Shown here piece by piece: positions 51,780 to 64,000 of a stretch of 64,000 nt of DNA. A program made the position numbers and the translations under genes. Position 1 is the first letter of the stretch. The number at the start of each line of letters is the position of its first letter. The DNA is from Paraspadella gotoi. Its lineage: Eukaryota > Animalia > Chaetognatha. Location: positions 16,000,455 through 16,064,454 of the forward strand of contig CM119269.1 of assembly GCA_051294375.1 (NCBI GenBank). The letters run 5' to 3'. A model generated the notes under the pieces. That model worked only from the letters and a program-made list of their open reading frames with translations, had not been told where the DNA came from and ran no database searches.

Positions 51780-54700
51780 TCCGGAAAAGAAACTGCATAG
51801 CGGCGGAATATTAAACGGAGCCGATCGCGGACATTATTTTCTTACTTTACTTTTGCGGAAGCAATCGATTGCCGGCCGCCAGCGGCACGGCGAAGCAGCG
51901 GGGCGAAAAAATAAAAAGAAAGATGAAAAATGAGACATTTACGAGGAAGATAGCTTATAACTGACCAATCACCATTTATTCGTCAGATTAGCTTAATCGT
52001 CCCCTATTGGGACTCTTAACCACACCCTATATTCCGCCCCGGGCTACCGTTATTCCGCTCTAATACAGCAGATAAGGATTGGTAGAATTTATCTGTTTTT
52101 TAAACAAGTATGCCCATCTGTGGTCCTGATATCTCATATTGTTGTCTTACAAGTTCGAATAAACCAACAAAGGGACGAGCAGCTACACAAAGGAGTTATT
52201 CAATCTTTCGACAGTCAAAGGACAAGAGAGAATACATAATTCTTACTTGTGTAATTCTGATCGAATGAATGAAAATTAAAGCAAGTTCACTCTTTATAAT
52301 ACCGCGAAATAATCATCGCATACTCTGTTTTCGAAAATCTTCCGTACAGGTCTTTTGCTCTTCCACTCGTTCTCGAAGGATCCTTTCTTCGGTCGCTTAT
52401 TCTCCTCCCTTTACACCTTTACTTCCTCACATTACCAGCTTTTTTTTACTTACGTTTTCATGACTCCTTTCCTCTCTCTTCTCTATCTCTTCCGCTCGTT
52501 ATCTATCTTTCTTATTTCCCATATTTCTCTTCCTCCCCCTCCTCAAACAACCCACTCTACCCCCTCTACCCCACCTCGGCCATAATCACTCTCTCTAAAT
52601 TTTTCTACTTACTCGTACTTTCTTCCCTATAATTCACTTCGAAAATCCTCACAATTCAACGCCATCATTTTTATATTTATGCTACATTCAACCGTCTCGC
52701 GTTACCATATTCCTTAAAATCCTGAGGAGAGAGCAAGATTATTTGCACGGCACCCGCAGCGTTTGCCAAGGATAACGTGTGTTCAAGCCATCTGAATTAT
52801 GATCAACGCATATAAATCGCTTTTCATCGCCATTTAATTCCTTTTTATTTTTTTGCGAATTAATACGCGGAAAGTTTCCGCGCGCACTCGGCTCTGGATC
52901 GTGCCGTCTCTTGCTTGTAACGTCGAGTTTGTTAGTTGTAATATATCAACTTGTTCGAGGCGAATCGCAATACCGCGTCGCTCGCACGACAGTCTTCGTC
53001 CTCGCAGCCGCTCGCCCCGACCCTTTAGGCCCGAGCAGTGTTTTCGTGACAGCTGCCGACTCACGCTTCTCCAATCGACGTACAAAAGTTGTTCGAGCAA
53101 TAAGATTATAGTTTACCGCTGCGCTCGTACCGCATCTAGAGCTCTCTGCTCCTCGATAGCGGTACTTGAGTGGGAACGAACTTAGTGCAGACCACTACCT
53201 TCGTGTATGTTCAGCCAAGTGAATATGGCGTCTTGCATTGAATGCGCTATGCTCCTGCGAAAATATTAGAAAAATTCTTGACACTTTTAATCCTCGCCTC
53301 GCTGATCGTAGGAGAATTTGACCGGTTAAAAGAACTCCGAGGCTCGCTAAATACATTGGAGACCACAGGCAAGGATCCGGTTGAAGCAAAAAATTCGACT
53401 TTCGACAGCGATGAACTCTGGCGCTTTTTCCGGACTCGTCAAGACTGCTACTACTTGGACATGCTGGAGCTTAGCAGACTTTCGGCCGAGGCGCCCCGCT
53501 CGTAAGATATTCTCTCGAAGTCGCAGGAACTCAAATCAGGGCTCACACCAACCGATGGGTGCTCATCGTGACTCGATACGTTTCTCATCCTTCTGCCAGC
53601 GATTTTTGATGGCCCATTGCCATGTCATACACTGGCTGTATATCTCCCCCCACCTGCCCTCAGACCTCCGCTTACGCTAGTCTATCTGCTCGTCTCCCTT
53701 TTCGCTCCGCTCTCCGCCAATTCGTACGCGGTTTTTTAGTGTTTTCTTTATTGTTTCCCTTTCCTTTTTTGTTTTCATGTTCTTTCTCTTCCTTCCGATT
53801 TTGTATCCATTCTATCACCCGCCGAGAGAAGGAAGGACGGCGGATCCAAGGTTGAACATTGCAGGATGATTATCCAGTAAACCGCGTGACATCGATTATA
53901 CTTCTATCATCGTTCGTTCGACGGACTGTAGCAAAGATTTCTGGTGGGGTGAGTGTAATAGAAAAATATGCCAAAGTTATGTTTTTTTTTCTAGGCTTTT
54001 TTTTTTAGTTCTATTGAACTGGAGTCCTGATGATTACTGGTAATCATAACTTTTAATGAGTTAAAGAAAAAGGTTACAATTTACCTGGAAAGGGATACGA
54101 GTATTTTCGGCAAAGGTAAGTCCTTTTTTTTAAATCATTCAACTGGAATAACGAAGCATCAAAAAGGAAAATATTTCAAACGTTCTTCATGTTTGCACTT
54201 TGCAGAATACAATGCTTTAATCAATGGACTATAGGATTACCCCAAATTCTTCTGCATAGTTTTCAAGGAAAACGAATTCAAAATAAACAAATTGTTTTCA
54301 TTGTCGACTTCATGTTTATATCCAACTAATCTCCACGACGCTCACGTTTCTTATTTCAAAAATATATCCGAGTCTCCGCCATTTATTTCCCTTCTTTTCG
54401 CTCGATTTTGTCTTCTCTCTCTCTCTCTCTACTCTTACTCTACTCTTTCTCGTTTCACTCACTCCTTCTACTCTTCTCTCTTCTTCTCTCTCTTGCTCTC
54501 TCTTCTCTCTCTCTCTCTGCCTCTCTCACAGTCCTGGGCAAATCGACCGATAGCGAATATCATGAAAAACAGCTGAGAGGCACAGAGCGGATTCCGCTTA
54601 GGAATAAGTCCGAGGAGGGAAAGAAACACCATGTTCCAGACGAGGCAATTCATGCCGACGAAGCATCATCTATGGTGACAAAAAAAAAAATATCAGACGC

Positions 54701-57359
54701 CACATCCACTCACCTATTCCAATGCGCGCATTAGAGAGAGCGAGTGAAGGATGAGAGATACCTGGTGATTCTTTTTTTTCAAAGTCAGGAAAATTCTACA
54801 ATCTTTTTAAAAAAAAAATATGTCACAATCGAGAGCCAAGCACGACAAGAGAGAAGCGATGTGAGAACCGTGGCGAGAGCGTTTTATCGAGGGTGAGAAT
54901 GCGAGAGAGAGAGAAGCGACTCTTTGGGCGTTCTGGCCCCGAAGAACAAGTCGGACGAATAGACACGAGTGTATAATCCCCGCACGAGTTTATCCTAAAT
55001 GATCGAAAAATTAGTGTCGCAGATGAAGGGACTTAGTCTGTGATCCGACTCCCCAGACTCGAAAGAACCTCACGTCGCATCGTCGGGGGAGAAAAAAGGC
55101 GCATGGAGGGAAAAAAGGCGGAGGCGGCGACCGGCGGCGGCTTGCGGCATCGGCGGCGGCAGCGGCGGCTTGCGGCAGCGGCGGCTTGCGGCAGCGGCGG
55201 CGAGCAGCGGCGAAATGAGCATTTCGAGATGCTCTGACCAAATCCGTCAGTGCTGTAGGGATTAAACATAATGCTACCGTTAGTCGCCAAAGCAATAAGA
55301 TTTAACTTTATCTTTTTTTAAAAATTGCATGTCTGTGGTCCTGATATCTCATTTGTTTGTTTACAAGTTCGGATAAACCAAACAAAGAGACAGCAGCTAC
55401 ACAAAGGATATTCAATCTTTCAATAAAGCAAGAGTACATTTATTTTGAATTTTGGTCATTTTTTCCGGAAATATCATCCTTTCCTCGGGCTCTTCCGGTC
55501 TTTGCTCTTCCCTTTCCCGGCCTTTCTTCGTCTTTTTCCCTATAACTATAACCTGTACCGTTTTCAGACCCTTCCACCCTTGTCACTTCCGCCCCCTCTA
55601 CCCCCTCTACCCCCTCTACCCCCTCGGCCTTCACTCTCTCTATCTCACTCCGACTCTAAATACGAAAAACACCAAAAAAAAGAAATAATCTCGTTACCAA
55701 TTCCTAAAATCAGCAGATATTTTCCCGCGCGCCAAGGATATGTGACATTGTTTGACAACTTATCGCTTTTCTCGCATTTTTCCTTTTTTTTTATGCAATT
55801 AAAGCGAAGTTTCGACGGGTGTGCGTCCTTGTTGTCGTTGTTGTTGTTATCATTGTCGTCGCTCCGCGTCGCTCCACGACGCCTCACCGCCGTCACCCCG
55901 AATTAGCCGTGGGTGACACTCCGACTCACTTTACTACAATTCAGCAATAGTTGACGGCCTTCACCGTTGGCTTCGTCCGATGGTCTTGGTGGGAAAACTT
56001 CAATAGTTATTAAAGTAATTGTCGTTTCATTGACGCGAGTGCCGCAAAATATAAAAATTTTGACGCTTTTAATCCCCGTGTGACGTAGAATTTGACGTAA
56101 AGAATGACGCAAAAATTGACGCAGGAGTTGAAGCAAAAATTCACGCGTGACTCTGGCGTTTTCGGCGGCAGCGGCAGCGGCGGCGGCCCGCCGGCAGCAA
56201 TTTCTTGGAAGTCGCGAACGTCAAATCAAGCTCAAACGTCTCATCGTGCTCACACTTTCAATCCGCACATTTTTTTCCCTGCTATTCATCACATGCTATG
56301 CGTCCCTTCCACCTGCCGCGACTCACACCACCATCATCCTCTCCCCCCCCTCCCCCCAATCGACGGCGTTTTTTTATGTTTTTTTATATTTTGCCCTTTC
56401 CTTTTTTTTTTCATGTCTCTGTCTCTTCCTTCCTCGATTTTGTATCCATTCTCATCATCCCGCGGAGAAGGACAGGGAGCGGATCATTGCATAGCATGAT
56501 ATTACGACGATAGATAGAACCTGACATCGATTAACTTCTTCATCGTTCGTTATCGACGACTCGTAGCAAAGATTTTCTGGATTGGTGTTGTTGAAGTAGT
56601 AATAGAAATAATTGCAAAGTTAGTGTTTTTTATTTTAGGCTTTTTTTTAGTTTCTAATTGAAACTGAGTCCTGATGTATTTAAGGTAATCATTAACTTAT
56701 TAAAGAGTTAGAAAAAGGTTACATATTACCTGGAAAGGGATACGCAGTATTATTTCGGCAAAGGTAAGTCCTTTTTTTTAAATATTCCAACCTGGATAAA
56801 CGATAGCATCAAAAAGAGGAAAAAATATTTCAAACGTTCTTCATGTTTTGCACTTTGCAAGAATACAATGCTTTATCAATGGACTATTAGGATTACCCCA
56901 AATTCTTCTGCATAGTTTTCAAGGAAAACGAATTTCAAAATAAAGTCAAATTGCTTATTTCATTGTCGAACTTCATGTTTATATCCAAACTAAGTCGTAT
57001 CCACGGGAACGCTCACGTTTCTTATTTCAAAAATATCCGAGTCTCCGCCAATTTAATTTCCCTACATTTTCTGCTTCGATTTTGTCTTCTCTCTCTCTCT
57101 CTCATCATCTAGCACTCTTCTCGTTCCTCTCCTCTCTCCTCTCCTCTCTTCTCTCTCTCTCTTCTCTCCTCTCTCTTCTCTCTCTCCTCTCTCACGTCCT
57201 GGCAAATCGACTCAATATCATGAAAAGTGAAGCAAGACGATTGTTAGTGTCCGAGGCGCGCTGACGACACCATGTTCCAGACGAGGCTCATTGCCGACGA
57301 GCATCATCTATGGTGACAAAAAAAAAACAGCGCCACTCCATCATTCCAATGCGCGCATT

Positions 57360-57360
<1 letters not shown>
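51780..57360. repeat. noisy ~3-kb duplication (~51780-54735 vs ~55090-57360), probable raw-read gap fill
   Basis: Shared anchors such as TCTGTGGTCCTGATATCTCAT (52117, 55332), CGGCAAAGGTAAGTCC and CCAATGCGCGCATTAGAGAG. The first copy is insertion-rich. Confidence 0.8.
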
Positions 57361-57440
<80 letters not shown>

Positions 57441-57963
57441 GGCGGCGAAGACTGTCACGAATGACACGAGAAAGCGCGGTTTATTAGAAAGGGTTAACCG
57501 ACGTCGCCGGGTTTTAGAGGGGAGATCGGGGGGACAGTGGGTGACGGTATGTGAGTGAAGAAAGTGGATGAAGAGCTGGGGGAGGAGTTGTTAGAGTAGG
57601 GAGAGGAGCGACGGGAAAAATGCGGGCAGAATAGTGGGAGAATGTACGGACGAAGGGGTGTCTTGAAACAACGGCCTTGTGGAATGATTATGATGAGAGA
57701 ATAGAAACATTTCGCTGTTGCCGTTTCCGAGTTGCAATGAATATATAGAAAAAAAACCGATGAATATCACAAAATATTACTAAAAAATAGGCATATGGAT
57801 TCGCTAATTCCACCCAAGCGGCGCCATTGCCTCCTCGCTTCTCCCGGCTTTCATCTTTCATCGACCTGCCACTCAGACTCTTCTTGCTCTCCTCATCAAG
57901 CGACGAAATTCTCAAATTATTTTGTTGACTTTTCGCTTCTTCTTCCAAGTCTCTCCTCCCTCC

Positions 57964-58017
<54 letters not shown>

Positions 58018-58106
58018 TCTCTCTCTCTCTCTCTCTCTTTCTCTTATCTCTCTTGTTTTCGAAATTTCGAGATTTGACTCTAATCTAACGAGGTGGGATT
58101 CTCACT

Positions 58107-58470
58107 TTTTTAGTTGCGCCCCCCCACGCGAGTACTCGCGAGCAACTGCTATAAGTCACTTTTCAGTCCGTCGGTCGGACGGACCGTCGTATGACTATCC
58201 GTCGGTCTGTCCCTTTTTTCTATAGTTGGTTGCGGCATTTGTTAAGACAAAAAAAACCTCAATCTAAGGGACTGCTAGCGCCGCTTCAGGAATTCCTAAA
58301 ACTATAAGGTATAAAGACAGAATTTCGATGCAGTGCATGTCATAAAAACACGGGCGAGAAAGTTTTTTAGTCATGTCATGTCATCTCATATCATATCATG
58401 TGATCAAAGAGAAATACACGTGAAAAAACAGTCACTGCTGCGCAACACAATTGGAATTATCGTTCTTGTT
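58107..58470 (+). mobile_element. DINE-1/HINE-like non-autonomous Helentron element
   Basis: T run, then AGTTGC...GCAACT hairpin enclosing the palindrome CGCGAGTACTCGCG, CTATAAGTCACT, a (GTCY/GTCG)n tract, 3' CGCAAC inverted to 5' GTTGCG, and an end at CTTGTT in a T run. Confidence 0.6.
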
Positions 58471-58683
58471 TTTTTTAAATAGTGTTTTTAATTAATTATT
58501 TTTAATCGATTTCTACCGATAATAAGACAGAAAATAGTAAAGTATAAAAATAACGGAAAAAAATATAAAAAATAAATATAAAAAGAAAAAGAAAAGGATT
58601 TTTAAAGATAAAAATTCGAAAGAGCGAACAATTGGGTGGAATCTGAAAAGAGAGGTCGTCGCTATCGGCCGATCGTCGGCCGC

Positions 58684-58746
58684 TTGTCGGCATCCTGTCG
58701 GCCTCCTGTCGGCCTCCTGTCGGCCTCCTGTCGGCCTCTGTCGGCC
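58684..58746 (+). repeat. 11-bp minisatellite (TCCTGTCGGCC), about 5 copies
   Basis: Direct inspection. Confidence 0.9.
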
Positions 58747-58855
58747 GCCGGTAACGCCGGAAGAAATCTTCACGAATTTTGGGTCTTTGTTTTTTTTTCT
58801 TTTCAGGACGGAGGCAGCGATTCTTCCTCGGAGACCGATTCATTACCGGTTCTCC

Positions 58856-58944
<89 letters not shown>

Positions 58945-60040
58945 TCACCTCCCCCCTCTCCATCTCTTTGAAACCGGTCCCGCGGGAGCGCGAAGGATAG
59001 ACGCTAAACAATAGCAGTTAATTTTTTTTTTATGCTTTAAATTGTCGATATAAAATATCCATTTAAAACCCGGTTCAACCGACGGCGTGGGGGGGGGGCG
59101 ATGTTGTCGCGGCGGTAGCTGTGGTGGCGGAGGGAAAGGGGTGTGGATATGGGCTGGATGAATGATGGCGATGTTGGTTGCGATGTTGTTAAAGATGAAT
59201 GAAAAAGAAAAAAATATGCGGGAACTTTCTCAATTTCGTCATTGACAAAGTTTTTTAACTTCGAATCGCTGATGACGAGTTCCTTTTTTGATCCCGTCTT
59301 TTCAAAACAGTTTTCTTTTTACGAAAATGGAGATTTATAGTAAAGATAATCCAACATAAGTCGTTTGCATTTATTGAGACCTGACAGGAAGGAAACGCAA
59401 AAATCCAAAAAAAATTTTATTACTTGAATATTAAAACTGTAACTAGTCAGATAAAGTGATAAACAATGTTTATGAAAATTTTAGGAAACAAATTCTAGAC
59501 AGCATTTTTTGCGAAATGCATAGGGGTATTGCCTTGCGGCATACTTACATAAAAAATTTAAAAATTTAAACTAAAAGCATACCCATTGAAAACTCGTTAG
59601 GAGTCATCGCCCTTTATCGCTGCCACTATTGCTTGACCTTCTTTTGCTCTCTCGAGTTTGGGCGAAGAAATTTTCTCATCGATTCGATGAAGAGAGGACA
59701 AAGATTGATGAGAAAAACCCTTAGGCTTTAAACTTGGATCTCTTCTTTTCTTTTTCTTTTTTTTCGAAGAAAAAAAGGAAGAAAGAAGCGAAATGACTAA
59801 TACAAAGAGTTTAAGGGTTTTAGGAGTATTTGTGTCCTTAACCTTTCTACTATCTCTCTCTCTCTCTCGTTCTCTCCCTTTCTCTCGCTCTCGCTCCGTC
59901 TCTCTCACCACGTGACGCATCAGTGGTCAATGGCGCGGGCAGAAGCGGCCAGAAAAGCGGCAACGAATGCCGCTGCTCAATTCTGTCACACTGAGCTCGC
60001 AGTTCGGGCTTTCGGGGAGAGAGAGAGAGAGAGAGAGAGA

Positions 60041-60108
<68 letters not shown>

Positions 60109-62003
60109 TTCGATATGAATGATATTGCAATTTCTTTTTCGCTTTCTCCTTCGGTCGGTGCCATTTGATTTTCGAGCTGCAGATATTCTCAGTTGAATCG
60201 AGGAGGAGTCGCGCTCTCGTCCTCGACGATTGAGGTCGCCAGTCGTTTCTCTCTCCGCCGCGTTGAGGATTCGGTCGACCTTCGGGGGTCGAAGTGAGAA
60301 TCCGACAAAAGAGCAACGGGGACGGATTAGATTGATTCACCACCCCGATGTAGTAGTTTTGTTGGGGTCTTCTGAGATTTGGGATGTGAACGAAATTTTT
60401 GGCTTTCCTAAAAACGTTTGTACGCGCTTTCAGGTAATTAAAGGCTTAAAAACATTATTTTAAATCCTAAAATTGATGACTTTTTTTCCAGGGTGGGTGA
60501 GACATTGCAGGTATCATTTTTTACTGAGTTTTTTAAAACTTTTAAAACTTCTTCGAAATTAAGACGCAAAAAGCGCGAATTAATTTTACAACCATGATAC
60601 TTTGGCTTCCTAATTATTTTAAAAGTAAATCACCTTCTCTCGTCTAAATTTCTAATATTTTTAATGTACTGATGTAACTTGCTAGTCATGAAACTTTTCG
60701 TTTAATTTTTTCAAACCTACTATAGTAAAAAACGAACTAAGAGTTAAGTGTGAAAGTGACTGACTTTTTTTACTTTCTGAAAAATCAGAACAATATAAGA
60801 CGAAAGTTTACATCGGAAATTGAGATCCTTTTTTAATTCCAAAACCATCTACGGGTGTCGGCGTCGGACACTTTATTCAGAAAAAAAACTCGGATGAAAT
60901 TCATGAAAAAAAATAAAAAAATTATAGATGACAACGAAAGCTCCAGAGAAAACCAAATTATATTTTTTATTGAATAAAAAAAAAACATGACTGCGGTGAA
61001 AAAAAAAACAAACAAAAAAACGAAACTGATTTCATGGGGGAAGGAATTGAAATAGAGAAGTAAAACGATTAACCATCGATGAGAAAAAGAGAAGTAATAT
61101 AGAGAAGAAATTTGTAATCATAATCATTTGATGACTTTCTTGGTGTGGGGATCCTCGGCTGAATTAGCACCTTATGCGTGCCGAGCCGGTCGCCCCGTGT
61201 GCAAACGCCTCTTGGAGAGAAGTGGGGGGGGTTGCAGGTATAAAACTGAGAATCTTTAGCTCAATTTAAAATAGACTAAGATTTAAAGCGTTCGTCACAC
61301 GAGGCAAGGCAGATACAGTAAGAACGCCAAGACGCCCCCCGCCACAAAGTCAAAAAATGTAAAAAAAATTCATGATTTTTGTTTTTTTTTTTTTTTAAGT
61401 TGGATGAGACTCATTTGGGATCGAGGAAAGAAAGAAAAAAGTATAAAACGATTAATATCGAATTAGAAAAAAAAAAAATAAAAAAAAAAAAGATCTGCGA
61501 TCGAAATCGGTTCTTTTCGTCGATTTCGCGATGTCAAACGACTTGGTCAAAAATGTCAAGCGTCCGTCGTCATCTGTCATTTGTTATCCCGTCCAACTAA
61601 AAGAATCGAATTCGTCTTTGTTTACGTTTTTCAATTTTCTTGTTGTTAAGATGAAGAGCCGGAGGTAGAAACGGGGTGTGTGCTCAAGGACCCGATAAAA
61701 ACAACCGAACTAAATTAGGGTAGTCTCGATGTGAAGCCGATTCACGTACGAAACTTGACTTGATTTTTTAAACAAAATTCTATATCGTAATATATTAAGT
61801 TTATAACGTTTTCGTCCAGAATCGCTATCACTCGGAAAACACGTTTAAAAAAAATGTTTTTAAAATCGAAACAGTCACATGTTAGACGATGAGGCAAAAC
61901 GCAGGGACGAAAATTGGTCTGGTTTTTTTTTTTGTACTTTTTTTTTTTAAAAAAGAAATTCTGAGATGAAGGGGAAAAATGGAAATTTTCCGTAAGGGAG
62001 AGA

Positions 62004-62057
<54 letters not shown>

Positions 62058-63004
62058 GAGAGGAGAGAGAGAAGAGAGAGAAGAGAAGAGAGAAAGCCCA
62101 TCTCCAAAGACGCATTAAAATTTAGGTTCTCTCTGCAGCAAAATTCGAAGACATGAAAAAATGATTAATACTCTAATTTTCTAAGCTAATCGTAAAAAAT
62201 TAACTGAACAACGTGACTCGGGGGGGAGAAACATGAATTGGTTCGCTACAAATTTAACTTAAGTATCACTTTAAAGTTACAATCGTTATGACCAGACTGG
62301 TTTCCAGGGCGAATTAGAAAATGAAATAAACGAGTTGCCAAGAAATTAACATATTTAGCTGTTTTTTTTTTTCTTTCTAAAATTTTTTTTCTGTTAGAAA
62401 TAATTTCTATAAAAAATGGAAATACAGTATTTATAGGGCGTCGTAGCACGTATAAAAAAAATTTTAAACGTAAACAATGATGGTTATAACACGAATTCGG
62501 CGAGAAAAAAAAAAAGTAGAGAAGAGATATATTGCATTTCCCCGTCTCTCTCTAAATATATTAGGCAAAAAAAAAAAGTACTTTTAAAAGTCCTGCGAAA
62601 AGAAGACACGAGATAAAAATTGATAAAAAAAAATAAATTAAATAATTTTTTTAAATTAAAAAAAGTAATGTCAAGTTCGTACAAAACGGAAATAACTATG
62701 ACATCGTACAAGCTTATTATCAATAGTAATTATTTGATATTATTCAAATGTTATCATACAACAAGAGGGAAAGTAAATACAACATATCTTTTTGTTGGTT
62801 TGTTTGTTTGTTTGTTTTTTTACCAAAGCAGAATATTCTACACGGAATTTTAGACTCTTAGAGTCTGTTTTGTTTTCTGGGTTTTTTTTTTGTTGTTTTT
62901 TTTTTTAATAATAAAATCACACTAGCGACAGAAAAAAGGGAAGGGGGGACATGATAATGGACTGCGATGAAAACGATAGTTGATGATGATGATGATGATG
63001 ATGA

Positions 63005-63035
<31 letters not shown>

Positions 63036-64000
63036 TGTGAGTGGTGAGGCTCGATGATGCTTATGGGATAATTGACGGGGATGACTTTTTTTGTCATTTA
63101 CGACCTCGAAAAGTAGAAGAAAGCGATGAAGAGCGACGATCGTAACGACGATGATGACATGACATAATGACATGATACAGATGACTTGCCGATGATTGGA
63201 AAAGGGAGATGTACACCGCCCCAAGTATCTCTCTCATTTTGCAGGGAGCACCGACATTTTTTTGGCGAGAGGGCGTCGTGGTTTCGGTTTAGTTACGAGG
63301 ATTTTGTTTTGTGAATGCGAGCAAAATCTTGCGAACGGAAGAGTCAACGTCGTTATTTAAAAAAAAAATATATATATATAATTATACGCTTAAATCTGGA
63401 TTTTCAATAAAAAATTGTGGTTATAAGGATTACAACGTGGCTCAAAAAGACAAAAACCCCATTCGCCTATGAACAATACAATACTTAGCAAGAAATTACA
63501 GAAGTATTTATCTGGGGTTTTATCGTTTAATACTCACGTATATATCTTACGTAATAGCAAGAAGTTTTGAAATACCTTAATATACTTAACATTAAAATTC
63601 TTAATTATTTCGAGGTCATCCCATCGAAGGTTCAGTGTAGCCAAGTCGTCGTCTGCCGTCAACAACTCTTTTCCCTTCGACGGACGTTTACTTTTATAAT
63701 ATGAACTAAATCTTTATAATTGTTTTTTTTTTCTTATTAAGCCTATATAACGCCGGCTTGAACTTCCACGCTTGTATCATTACACTTAACTACCCTGTTT
63801 AGTGTTTCATTTTATTATTTTATTCTTTTCTGGTTTTTTTTCTCATATTTTGTCACCAGTCTTTACTATTTTTGTTGATGTTCTTTTTTTTTATCGTTCG
63901 TTTCGTCTTTTTTTTTTGTTTTATTCGCAAACGCGTCTCCCAGATGTCGCGAGCGTGGACACTGGACACGGCTATAGGGGCGGTTTGGTGACTGGGAACG

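Noticed and set aside
51333-53855. Cluster of 60-140-aa ORFs
   Set aside because: The region is largely an insertion-laden noisy duplicate of ~54750-56480, so the translations are unreliable.
54060-54121. GYNLPGKGYEYFG resembling the parvoviral PLA2 start
   Set aside because: Lacks YxGPG and HD motifs and ends at a GTAAGT donor; more likely a host exon whose frame cannot be fixed in noisy sequence.
61150-61240. Twister-ribozyme-like GCCGAGCCGGTC...GGGGGG
   Set aside because: The conserved CCCAAGCCCGG segment and P1/P2 pairing are absent.

Overview
Repeat-dense eukaryotic (animal-like) genomic DNA from a hybrid assembly with N gaps and visible long-read indel noise. There is no intact long protein-coding gene; most listed ORFs are translations of (GA)n, (CT)n, (GAC)n or homopolymer tracts. 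3436-~29900 is a ~10.6-kb head-to-tail repeat (two full copies plus a partial or garbled third). Each unit is a nest of transposon debris: a Helentron-associated-like element, two minisatellites (one rich in CCTAA/CCCTAA), an inverted repeat carrying two outward-facing type I hammerhead ribozymes (Penelope pLTR-like), and decayed LINE pieces (CR1/L2-like esterase ORF1 plus AP endonuclease, an I-clade-like ORF1, and a possible RT fragment). The rest holds a four-gene tRNA cluster (Val-AAC, Ile-AAT, Ala-AGC, Asp-GTC), two tRNA-derived SINE candidates, a DINE-1/HINE-like element, several low-confidence small exons, and duplications that are probably assembly artefacts. The paired hammerhead module is the strongest lead. 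The organism cannot be identified from this window.
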